Positions 1 to 10,754 of a stretch of DNA of 64,000 bases are shown in pieces. The translations under genes were made by a program, and so were the position numbers. Positions within the stretch are counted from its first letter, which is position 1, and each line of letters starts with the position of its first letter. Location: assembly GCA_965262115.1 (NCBI GenBank), contig OZ253496.1, positions 1,472,001-1,536,000 of the forward strand, written 5' to 3'. The stretch comes from Nitrospinales bacterium. Its GTDB lineage: Bacteria > Nitrospinota > Nitrospinia > Nitrospinales > VA-1. Below the pieces are notes generated by a model. That model was not told the origin of the DNA and did no database searches. It worked only from the letters and a program-made list of their open reading frames with translations.

Positions 1-246
1 GAAATTCTTTATACGTTGAGCCGGTGTCCCGAGGCAAGAGAACACTATCGGCATTTTAATCTGGAATATTCAGAAAGCCGTTTTAAAGAAGACATGGACT
101 TTATTGTCGCCTCCTGCTTGGAGGAAGAGGGGCATCTGCAAGAAGCTTACAACCGGTTTAAGGTTTTGGAGGGGCATTATATTTACCCTGCCATACTCAA
201 AATGAAACTGGTGAGCATTGAAAAAAGGATGAAAAAGAAACACTGA
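1..246 (+). CDS. C-terminal part of a hypothetical, probably TPR-like protein (runs off the window)
   Basis: Frame open from base 1; helical TPR-like pattern; stop overlaps the serS start (TGATG). Confidence 0.6.
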   Translation, partial: EILYTLSRCPEAREHYRHFNLEYSESRFKEDMDFIVASCLEEEGHLQEAYNRFKVLEGHYIYPAILKMKLVSIEKRMKKKH

Positions 247-1529
247 TGCTCGATTTAAAAATTATTCGCGAAAATCCTGATGCAGTGAAAACCCGTCTCA
301 AACGTCGGGGCGGTGACTTCAAGGAACTGGATGAATTGCTCAAGCCCGAAGAAGACCGACGGTTGGGACTTCAGGAATCGGAATTGCTGAAAAATAAAAA
401 AAAGAAACTTTCGGCAGAGGTCGGGCAGCTCAAACAAAATGGCCAGGACGCTTCGGAGCTTATGGAAGAGGTCAAAGTCATTAACAGTTCCATAAAAGAA
501 CTGGACGATAAAATTCAAACCCTGGAACAACAGGTGCAAGAGAAACTGCTTGGCATCCCCAACACTCCTGATGACTCCATTCCTGATGGTGCCGATGAAA
601 GCGCCAACCGAAAGGTGCGCGATTGGGGAACGAAGCCGGAACTTTCATTCAAACCAAAAAATCATGTGGAAATCGGCGAACAGCTCGGCCTGATCGATTT
701 AAAAAGAGCCGCAAAAATTTCCGGAGCCCGGTTCGCGGTATACAGAGGACAAGGAGCAGGACTGTTGCGTGGTTTGATCAATTTTATGATCGATGTGCAA
801 ACCCGGGAAAACGGTTATGAGGAATTGTATCCACCCTTCCTGGTCAATAAGGAGAGCATACAGGGCACCGGGCAATTGCCCAAATTTGAGGAGGAGTTAT
901 TCGCCACCCGCGACGACCCCTTTTACCTCATCCCCACCGCCGAAGTTCCTGTTACGAACTTTCATCGTGATGAAATTCTGGGAGAGGAGTCGTTGCCCAT
1001 CTGTTATGCCGCTTACACCTCTTGTTTCAGGAGAGAGGCCGGGTCCTATGGCAAAGACACGCAGGGATTGATTAGGCAGCACCAGTTCGACAAAGTAGAG
1101 CTGGTCAAATTTAGCCGACCGGAGGATTCACCCGCAGAGCTTGAGACTTTGGTCGAGAATGCAGAAGCCATCCTTAAAAAACTTGACTTGCATTACCGGG
1201 TGATGGAGTTATGTGCCGGTGACTTGGGTTTCTCTGCAGCTAAAACTTATGATCTGGAAGTGTGGCTTCCCAGTCAGGATACATATCGGGAAATTTCGTC
1301 CTGCAGTAATTTTACTGATTATCAGGCTCGGCGGGCCCGGATCCGCTGTAAAAAACGCACGGGTGGTAAACCGGAGTTTGTCCACACCTTGAACGGTTCA
1401 GGCCTGGCTGCAGGCAGATTGTTTGTGGCCCTGCTGGAAAACTATCAGCAGGAAGACGGAACGGTTGTGGTGCCGGAAGTGTTGCGCCCCTATTTGCACG
1501 GGCAGGAAGTTTTAGCAGGGCATCCATAA
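246..1529 (+). CDS. serS: Seryl-tRNA synthetase
   Basis: MLDLK start, coiled-coil arm, LIPTAEVP, FRREAG, RQHQFDKVE, EISSCSN, HTLNGSG motifs. Confidence 0.99.
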   Translation: MLDLKIIRENPDAVKTRLKRRGGDFKELDELLKPEEDRRLGLQESELLKNKKKKLSAEVGQLKQNGQDASELMEEVKVINSSIKELDDKIQTLEQQVQEKLLGIPNTPDDSIPDGADESANRKVRDWGTKPELSFKPKNHVEIGEQLGLIDLKRAAKISGARFAVYRGQGAGLLRGLINFMIDVQTRENGYEELYPPFLVNKESIQGTGQLPKFEEELFATRDDPFYLIPTAEVPVTNFHRDEILGEESLPICYAAYTSCFRREAGSYGKDTQGLIRQHQFDKVELVKFSRPEDSPAELETLVENAEAILKKLDLHYRVMELCAGDLGFSAAKTYDLEVWLPSQDTYREISSCSNFTDYQARRARIRCKKRTGGKPEFVHTLNGSGLAAGRLFVALLENYQQEDGTVVVPEVLRPYLHGQEVLAGHP

Positions 1530-1735
1530 ATCTATAATTTTTATTTTGGCCATTCGCGTAACCTTTATTTAAAGGCTGTGTTCGCGCTGATAGTGGATTT
1601 TTATTACGCCATAAAGCATTGACTTAAAGCAGGAAACCGTCCCTTGACATTTTCCCGCAAGTAGATAAATATAAACGGGCTCACAATATTCAGGAGGGAT
1701 GGCCGAGTGGTTTAAGGCGGCGGTCTTGAAAACCG
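1446..1735 (+). repeat. Left copy of a 290-bp direct repeat (serS 3' end, spacer, tRNA-Ser 5' half)
   Basis: Appears identical to 3758-4047 (offset 2312). Confidence 0.95.
1693..1735 (+). pseudogene. Truncated tRNA-Ser(TGA), 5' half only
   Basis: Matches 4005-4047 and ends just after the anticodon arm. Confidence 0.9.
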
Positions 1736-1946
1736 AAATTAACCTAACCTCAGTTCAATCCCCCTTATTTATCAACCCCCCTGTCTTCCTCTGATCTCTC
1801 TATTTTTCTCCTACTGTGCCACGGTATTTGTTTAAAAATTATGCACTGCTATAAAACTCTTTTGTGGAAGCGGCAGGGATTGAAACAAGTGAATGTTGGC
1901 CACTGCAACTAAATCCCACCAATGTTCAAACAAATTATGAAAGAAA

Positions 1947-3023
1947 CTAAGTTTTAATCATTTCATAAAGTTCTACATTGTAATACAAGTGATGCCTTCC
2001 CAACCAAAGATCGCCCATGATTCCAGCTTCTTTGAGTTCGTGCAAATGCTTACTGGCGGTTTGAGGGTGAATTTTCAGGGCCGTGGAAAATTGGGTTGGC
2101 GTTGTAAAAAGAAATGAAAAAACATGACTCACAGTTTCAATCGCATTCATCTTAGAATGATTTTTGCGAATAGTTTCTGTCAACCTTTGATATAAACTCA
2201 TCATTTGAAAAATTTTTGTTTTTGTTTTAATAGCTTCTGACCTGAATCCTTCCAGCACGAATAAAATATATGTTTCCCAATCCCCAGTTTCTGTTACTAG
2301 TTGCAGGGTTTGGTAATATTGAGGACGATTCCTGTTAAAATAAGCGCTGGTATACAAAACTGGAAAATCCAGTAAACCCTCCTGCACTAACTGAAGGACC
2401 AGTAATATTCTTCCCGTCCTTCCGTTTCCATCGCCAAAGGGATGAATTGCCTCAAACTGATAATGGGCGATGGCACACCTGATCAGTGGGTCAATTTTCA
2501 GATTGTCCGACCTGTTGACAAAATGTTCCCAATTTTGTATTAACTCGCCTATCCTTGAAGCTATGGGTGGTGTATATGTAATCTCTCCGGTTTTTTTGTT
2601 TTGTATCCCATTTTGTAGTTTCCTGTAACCAACTTTGGTTTGCATCAGTTTTTCGTGTATTCCCAAAACCAACCTTGTTGATATTGAAAAATCTTTGATA
2701 TGCCGCATTGCCCAATGGATCGCCTCTTGATACCTTAAAGTTTCTCTGTCCGGGCCTTTTTGCTCCGATACCGGGAGAACCTGGCTCTTCAAAACACTTT
2801 CTACAGTCGTATGGATTTCTTCAATACCTGAGCTTTCTACGGATTCCTTAGTCATGGCCACGGACATTAGAACCTTTGCGTCTGGGATACTAGTACAGTA
2901 CCCTTTCAGTTCTCCTATCTCCCGGCTTGCAGAATTAAGTGCCTTTAGTATTGAAGTGGCGTCGAAATCTATCTGGGGTGGCAACAGCTTTAAATTATGT
3001 GGTTGATTGGGATTAAAATTCAT
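1947..3023 (-). CDS. Fic family protein (Fic N-terminal region, Fic core, C-terminal HTH)
   Basis: HPFGDGNGRTGR motif; SSGIEE resembles the inhibitory-helix motif; AT-rich. Confidence 0.95.
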   Translation of the reverse strand: MNFNPNQPHNLKLLPPQIDFDATSILKALNSASREIGELKGYCTSIPDAKVLMSVAMTKESVESSGIEEIHTTVESVLKSQVLPVSEQKGPDRETLRYQEAIHWAMRHIKDFSISTRLVLGIHEKLMQTKVGYRKLQNGIQNKKTGEITYTPPIASRIGELIQNWEHFVNRSDNLKIDPLIRCAIAHYQFEAIHPFGDGNGRTGRILLVLQLVQEGLLDFPVLYTSAYFNRNRPQYYQTLQLVTETGDWETYILFVLEGFRSEAIKTKTKIFQMMSLYQRLTETIRKNHSKMNAIETVSHVFSFLFTTPTQFSTALKIHPQTASKHLHELKEAGIMGDLWLGRHHLYYNVELYEMIKT

Positions 3024-3274
3024 TGTTCTGGTAAATGATGTTTTCTTCGAAGTATTCTACCAGAAATATCGAATATTTTTTAATATTTCGACATATTACA
3101 GCGATGTATCGATTTTATTAGAATATTTCAACATATTGGAGGGTAGTATATAGCAGAGGAATAAGATAAATTTCGATGGATTAGCAAAACACATCGAAGT
3201 TAAGTAAAAAATTCGACATAAAGCCACATATCCAAAACCTTTAATTTCAATATATTACCAATAGAAGGGTGAAG

Positions 3275-3321
3275 CCACAAGATATTGTGTTAAGGATTAA
3301 AGAGCATACAAAATATAGAAC
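3275..3321. promoter_or_regulatory. Tandem NrdR-box-like pair, 31-bp period
   Basis: CCACAAGATATTGTGT (3275) and ATACAAAATATAGAAC (3306) fit the core of acaCwAtATaTwGtgt. Confidence 0.55.
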
Positions 3322-3757
3322 TATTTGTGTTTCCTGCTAATTTTCCAGGTTCCCATTAATTAAATAGTTGCGATCAGCTTACAGTCTTTAATGGCCTCCT
3401 TGCCTTCCTCATTCCCAACCAGATAAATATCTGACCTTGCACTTATCCATCCCATTTTAACTTCTTGCCTGACAAAATAATAAATTTGGGGCTGTCCTAG
3501 ATAACATCGAATAGGTGTTATGATGGGTAGTATGAGAAAGAGGAGATTAAGCGCATGGAAGCTCCTTGGAAGGTTTTAGTTGAACCACTATATATCGGCA
3601 GAGGGAAATTATGAAGTGAAATTTTGGAAGGTATTGCTTGGGTATCAGCGTCTATCGCTCCATTTTTGGTCTTTCTCTTTTGAAGTGTGTGTATTGCTTC
3701 TCCTACTGTGCCATTAGTGTGCCATGGCGGTCTTTTGGCGACTTTGAGAGAGAGAAC

Positions 3758-4047
3758 CAGCAGGAAGACGGAACGGTTGTGGTGCCGGAAGTGTTGCGCC
3801 CCTATTTGCACGGGCAGGAAGTTTTAGCAGGGCATCCATAAATCTATAATTTTTATTTTGGCCATTCGCGTAACCTTTATTTAAAGGCTGTGTTCGCGCT
3901 GATAGTGGATTTTTATTACGCCATAAAGCATTGACTTAAAGCAGGAAACCGTCCCTTGACATTTTCCCGCAAGTAGATAAATATAAACGGGCTCACAATA
4001 TTCAGGAGGGATGGCCGAGTGGTTTAAGGCGGCGGTCTTGAAAACCG
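3758..4047 (+). repeat. Right copy of the 290-bp direct repeat, continuing into the intact tRNA-Ser(TGA)
   Basis: Matches 1446-1735; encodes a duplicate SerS C-terminus QQEDGTVVVPEVLRPYLHGQEVLAGHP. Confidence 0.95.
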
Positions 4048-4090
4048 TTGAACGAAAGTTCCGTGGGTTCGAATCCTACTCCCTCCGCCA
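4005..4090 (+). tRNA. tRNA-Ser(TGA)
   Basis: Cloverleaf with long variable arm, anticodon loop CT-TGA-AA, GGTTCGAATCC, CCA end. Confidence 0.97.
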
Positions 4091-4218
4091 CTCTCTAGCG
4101 AGAGAGGCAAATAGCAATAGACGATTGAGCTGAAATAAATCGTTGCTTGCCAGACTGGGCGAATGCTCGTTGCCCCTACGGCTAGTAGCCGTAGGGGCAG
4201 ATAAAAACTATATAGATT

Positions 4219-4450
<232 letters not shown>

Positions 4451-4510
4451 CCCCTTCGGGGCATGAAGGCTGATGAGGGGTCATAACATGGGGCCCAAAA
4501 GGTAAGAACT

Positions 4511-5116
4511 TTGAGACGTTTAAATTACATAGCCCTGCTGGCACTGGTTCTCATAGCGGGTTGCACTTACGAAAGCAAGGAAGATATCGCTGGCCTGAAA
4601 GAGACCGACATCAGCAAACTGAATGTTTCCCAATTTGAAGGATCCCGGTCCAAGCCCGTCCAGCAGATTGAAGCTTCATTGGAAGAAGGTTCGGACAGCT
4701 ATGCGCCTGACGGAAGTCACCCCACAGTTCAAGAGGGAGTGAAAATCCAACGAGCGATTGTCGTGCCCGAGGAGACAGAAGGTAAGTGGAAAGCGGTCAA
4801 GCTTCTGATCAAGAACAAGAAAGACGAAGAACGTAACGAAATGAAAACCATCGCCCTGGGCTCCAGTTTTGAATTGGAAGATTCGGGAATCAGAATTACA
4901 GTGGGCCCGTTTTTACCAAGTTTTGTGATGAGCCAGAAGGCTTATACATCTGGCGGAAACGAACTGACCAACCCTGCTGTTCAATTAGTGGTTGAACAAA
5001 ACGGCAAGACCCTTTATACAGGATGGGCATTCGCGAAATATCCCACGATGTATGCGTTCGAGCACGAAGATTTTGCTCTGCAGTTGATGGATTACATACC
5101 CATTGATGTTTCTTGA
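4511..5116 (+). CDS. Lipoprotein, DUF2155-like C-terminal domain
   Basis: Signal peptide with IAGC lipobox; NPAV...YTGWAFAKYP...FEH pattern. Confidence 0.7.
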   Translation: MRRLNYIALLALVLIAGCTYESKEDIAGLKETDISKLNVSQFEGSRSKPVQQIEASLEEGSDSYAPDGSHPTVQEGVKIQRAIVVPEETEGKWKAVKLLIKNKKDEERNEMKTIALGSSFELEDSGIRITVGPFLPSFVMSQKAYTSGGNELTNPAVQLVVEQNGKTLYTGWAFAKYPTMYAFEHEDFALQLMDYIPIDVS

Positions 5117-5139
5117 CCCGCTAGTCGCCCCTTCGCAGG

Positions 5140-5319
5140 GAGACCTTTGTGTAAGTCGAAAGCGGAAGCAGAAATCCCCCCTCCCTTCATAGGGAGGGGC
5201 CAGGGGAGGGTTGGATTATGAATTCTGTCAAAAACAATCCACACCCCTCCGCGGCTACGCCTTGCCTCCCCTCATGAGAGGGGAGGATCAATGAGGGTCT
5301 CGGGTTGTGCAAAGCTCTC
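5140..5319. mobile_element. MITE (family B) with IS5-like terminal inverted repeats and a 9-bp target duplication
   Basis: GAGACCTTTGTGTAA...TTGTGCAAAGCTCTC; CTTCGCAGG at 5131-5139 and 5320-5328. Confidence 0.8.
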
Positions 5320-5429
5320 CTTCGCAGGGGAGGCAAATTGATATAGCTTGTTGAGCCAAGAGAACGGTTGGACGCGAGATAAAGATATTGCTATTTACCA
5401 GCGGAGGTACTCCGCTAAAACCCAATTAT

Positions 5430-5506
5430 GCGCCCATGGCTCAGCTGGATAGAGCGACGGTTTGCGGAACCGTAGGTCGCAGGTTCGAGTCCTGCTGGGC
5501 GCACCA
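5430..5506 (+). tRNA. tRNA-Arg(GCG)
   Basis: ACGGT-TT-GCG-GA-ACCGT anticodon arm; Arg-type D-loop CTGGATAGAGC; CCA end. Confidence 0.93.
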
Positions 5507-5677
5507 TTACCCGTGTACCCCCCTTTTGGAGCGTGAGACAAGTGAAGATTCACAGGCTCTTGAAGGCCAAGGAGGGGGGTAACACACAGGGGGGTTTGCA
5601 AAAACTCTCCCTCCTGCTCGCCGCAGGGGCAGATAGCAATGGCTTATTAAGCTAAGAGAACGAAAGGAAAAATTTTA

Positions 5678-5875
5678 ATGGCTAAAAGAGAGAAACGACC
5701 AAAAATGGTTTTCCGTAAGTTTTTACAGGATAACCAGAAGCAAATGACCGATTATATAGCCCATGTCGAAGCTTCAGAAAAATATGAACGGGAACCCTGG
5801 ATGTTAGGGTCCGACCCTGAAGGACTCGTCACCCCCGAATCCATTGTCGAACTCAACCAGCTCGGCGACGGCTAG
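5678..5875 (+). CDS. Small hypothetical protein
   Basis: ATG with upstream AAGGA; 65 aa; no recognised motif. Confidence 0.5.
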   Translation: MAKREKRPKMVFRKFLQDNQKQMTDYIAHVEASEKYEREPWMLGSDPEGLVTPESIVELNQLGDG

Positions 5876-6028
5876 CCGGGCCACGCCCGGTGGGATAATG
5901 CAATATCCTGTCAAGCCGCCAACATGGTTTGAGCGTGAGGGCAACATTGGGCAAACATGGGTTTGTAATGCCGAGATAAAAGCTGGACACGGCAGGGCTA
6001 TATAGCTCGTTGCCACTACGGCTAGTAG

Positions 6029-6118
<90 letters not shown>

Positions 6119-6259
6119 CCGGGCCACGCCCGGTGGAAATAGGGCAAGGGTTTTTTCGGTCGAGAAGAATGGTTCATTTTCTGTCCAATGGTGTTACACC
6201 TTAACTTTGAGTATATAGTATGAGGTGTTGATAAATGTTTCTCTTGAGACCAATAAAAA

Positions 6260-7003
6260 ATGACCGAACACCCTAACCTGAAAAACGCACCGATAACGGA
6301 AGCGGCCATAGAGTTTAGGTACCAAGATAAAGTAACGGAATTCCAAACCCTTGAGTCTGTTTATTCAGTATTTGAAAAGGACTTCCCCGAAAAGAAAATA
6401 ATTCACCGTGGAAAAGTGGACGTTACTTTTAGGAAAGATAAGCCAGTCGCTTTACAAGCCGAGGATATGGGCCCAGAAGTTATTATTTTTTCTTCTGCTG
6501 ATCAGAAAAAAATAATTCAGTTAAAGAGGGATAGCTTTTCATTCAGCTGGGTAGGGAAATATTCTAAATGGGAAGAATTTTCATCAAAAGCTTTGGAGCT
6601 TTGGAATAAAGCAGATAAAATATTGAAAAGAGAGGCTTTAATTAGAACAGGTTCCAGGTTTATTAATAATCTTAATATTCCCCAAAATGTAGAATTAAAG
6701 GAAATTATAGTAAACTCCCCGACTCTTCCAAAAGGCACAAGTTTTGAGATGGCAGGGTTTTTAAATCAAATGACCCTTTACGATGACAATAATTCTGTTT
6801 CTGCTGTTGTTTGTTTAGGATTAGACCGTAATGAAATAAAAGAACCAAAACTCCCGGTTATCTTTGATATTGATGTGTTTAGCCTGGATATAATTCCAAA
6901 TGAAAATACTAAAATTAATGAAAATTTGAATAAATTAAGAGTTTTTAAAAACTCTATATTTTTTAATTCCCTTACACCAAAAGGAATGGAGCTATATCAA
7001 TGA
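6260..7003 (+). CDS. TIGR04255-like protein
   Basis: N-terminal L.NAPI.EA.IEFR, Y..WE.F, R.G.RFIN and FDIDV...LR..KN.IFF patterns recalled for this family. Confidence 0.75.
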   Translation: MTEHPNLKNAPITEAAIEFRYQDKVTEFQTLESVYSVFEKDFPEKKIIHRGKVDVTFRKDKPVALQAEDMGPEVIIFSSADQKKIIQLKRDSFSFSWVGKYSKWEEFSSKALELWNKADKILKREALIRTGSRFINNLNIPQNVELKEIIVNSPTLPKGTSFEMAGFLNQMTLYDDNNSVSAVVCLGLDRNEIKEPKLPVIFDIDVFSLDIIPNENTKINENLNKLRVFKNSIFFNSLTPKGMELYQ

Positions 7004-7518
7004 TTGCTCTGAAAGAAAGAAGCGTGTTGCCTTTTGAGCCAGACGAAATTAGCTTTTCCCGTTCTTCAGTGGTCACAACTGATTTAGAAAAATTGATTGA
7101 GGATTCTCCCGGCAGGGAGCCAAATTCATTTGCCGTTAGAGAAAAAATTCATTTACTTCTTGAAGAAATTGATCAAGCTTTTGCTGGTTCTCAAGCGGGA
7201 AACGCTGATAACTATGGAGGTAAAGCAGGTAATACTAATTCCTTCAGAAACATTTGTGAATTTATTTATTTAATGTCAGGGCCGTTATTAGAAATAATGC
7301 CGACAGTTCTTTTAGAACCAGATGGTTCTTTTGCCTTAGACTGGGAAAATGTAAACGCAGATACTTCCTTCGCGGTCAGTTTTGGCCCAAATGACGAATT
7401 ATTTTTTGCGGGGCTTTTTTCAAATGGGGCTAAACAAAGAGGTGTTGAAATTTTTAATAGATTTTGGTTTCCCGAGCCCATTAGTAAAAATATATTACGG
7501 GTCATAAAAGGGAAATAA
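7000..7518 (+). CDS. Hypothetical protein (candidate antitoxin)
   Basis: ATGA overlap with the upstream gene; DNYGG and P....EPDG...LDW patterns. Confidence 0.7.
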   Translation: MIALKERSVLPFEPDEISFSRSSVVTTDLEKLIEDSPGREPNSFAVREKIHLLLEEIDQAFAGSQAGNADNYGGKAGNTNSFRNICEFIYLMSGPLLEIMPTVLLEPDGSFALDWENVNADTSFAVSFGPNDELFFAGLFSNGAKQRGVEIFNRFWFPEPISKNILRVIKGK

Positions 7519-7519
7519 T

Positions 7520-7924
7520 TTGAATTTAAATTCAGTTTCAGATCAAGAAGAATTGTCTAGATTTCTTTTTAACAATCAGGACTTTACAGAAAGCTCAGGA
7601 AATATCCGATGGACTAGATTGATGCCCATATTTTGTGAGCAACTTGATAGATTGGAAACCTCAATATTCAGGACATCTACTTTGAAGCAAGATAAAGAAA
7701 TATGGGCGTTAGGAGATGCTTTTGCAGGTTTGAAGCGAAAACCCCCAAAAGCTATAGCTGTCCTAACAGCAAAACAAATTAGAAATAAGCAGAGATTGGA
7801 TGTGATACCAGAAACCTCAACACACCCGCTCCATGCGGTGATAGTAAATTGGCCAGAGGCAAAAGATGGACAAATGGAGATTTGTAAAGAATTAAACAAG
7901 GAAGCCAAACTAAGGGTTCGATAA
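7520..7924 (+). CDS. Hypothetical protein, candidate ADP-ribosyltransferase-fold toxin
   Basis: Starts 1 nt after the previous stop; E.L.R, ETSIFR and HAVI motifs spaced like an ART fold. Confidence 0.55.
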   Translation: MNLNSVSDQEELSRFLFNNQDFTESSGNIRWTRLMPIFCEQLDRLETSIFRTSTLKQDKEIWALGDAFAGLKRKPPKAIAVLTAKQIRNKQRLDVIPETSTHPLHAVIVNWPEAKDGQMEICKELNKEAKLRVR

Positions 7925-8127
7925 ATATTGTTTCCAATTTAATTTTTAGAATTGTTGTGGTCGGGACCAACGTCGGTAGCTCTCTAATCTAATAGCGGAC
8001 GTTTTCTCGACTTTTTTTGTTAGAATAGGGCTTTGGTGAACGGCTCAGGTTAGCCGAGTGTTGATAGGGCAAAAGCTCAATTCAGCCGAGAAAAACTTTC
8101 GCTTGCCAGATAGAGCGATTGCTCGTT

Positions 8128-8218
<91 letters not shown>

Positions 8219-8320
8219 CCATTCGCCATGGAGGCAAATTGATATAGCCTGTTTGGCCGCGAGGGCAATTGGGCACGAGATAAAGATATTGCATTTTATT
8301 AGCGGAGATTCTCCGCCACT

Positions 8321-8558
8321 GCTCGCCGCAGGGGCAGGTTAAGCCGAGAAGAAGTTTTTGGCTAATTTATAAACTATATAGCTAGTGGGCTCCACGCCGA
8401 GTGGTTGTTCGCCATATCGAGTGATTGCTTATTTTCTGTGGAGGAACTCCGCTCGCCGCAGGGGCAGGTTAAGCCGAGAAGAAGTTTTTAGCTAATTTAT
8501 AAACTATATAGCTAGTGGGCTCCACGCCGAGTGGTTGCTCGCCATATCGAGCAATTGC
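8321..8558 (+). repeat. Tandem duplication, 130-bp period (family A units)
   Basis: GCTCGCCGCAGGGGCAGGTTAAGCCGAG at 8321 and 8451. Confidence 0.92.
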
Positions 8559-8573
8559 ATATTGAAAAGTATT

Positions 8574-8684
8574 GGCAGTTTTGTTGGGCCTCACGCAACG
8601 TGGCTTTGTGAAACCCGTCAGATCCGGAAGGAAGCAGCGGTAGCAAAATTCCATGTGTGCTGTGAGTTCCCCAACAATTCTGCC
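8574..8684 (+). ncRNA. ffs: SRP RNA (4.5S)
   Basis: Domain IV motif TCAGATCCGGAAGGAAGCAGC in a long hairpin closed by GGCAG/CTGCC; lies upstream of dnaX. Confidence 0.93.
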
Positions 8685-8750
8685 TTTAAATAACATCCCC
8701 GGGCGACCCGCGATCAGCGGTTGCCTGCAAATGGTCGGTCTTCTGAAATA

Positions 8751-10349
<1,599 letters not shown>

Positions 10350-10376
10350 AAAATTCCTCGAACAACAGGTGTTTAA

Positions 10377-10700
10377 ATGAGCGATGATAAAGGATGGTTC
10401 TCGTTATTAAAACAGGCTCAGGACATGCAGTCCAAGCTTGCTGAAATTCAGGAAGGCCTCGCTGAAAAAATGGTGGAAGTGTCTACCGGTGGCGGTATGG
10501 TGAAGGTGGTTGCTAATGGACTCAACGAAATTATCTCGGTCCATATTGATGACGAATTGATCAACATGAACGATCGGGAAGTGCTCGAAGACCTGATCAC
10601 CGGCGCCATGAACGAAGTTCATAAGAAAGTGAAAGATCTGGCGCAGGGTGAAATGTCCAAATTGACCGGGGGCCTGAAAATTCCCGGATTGTTCACCTAA
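10377..10700 (+). CDS. ybaB: YbaB/EbfC nucleoid-associated protein
   Basis: KQAQ.MQ, GGGMVKV, LEDLI..A.N; dnaX-ybaB-recR synteny. Confidence 0.95.
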   Translation: MSDDKGWFSLLKQAQDMQSKLAEIQEGLAEKMVEVSTGGGMVKVVANGLNEIISVHIDDELINMNDREVLEDLITGAMNEVHKKVKDLAQGEMSKLTGGLKIPGLFT

Positions 10701-10754
10701 TTACCAGCGGAGGTACTCCGCTAAAAATTAACTTTTTCCATTAGTCGTCTCACC

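Noticed and set aside
3638..3841. 67-aa ORF ending like SerS
   Set aside because: By-product of the duplicated serS 3' end
8321..8558. Possible CRISPR array
   Set aside because: Only two near-identical 130-bp units with no unique spacers and no cas genes; it is a tandem duplication
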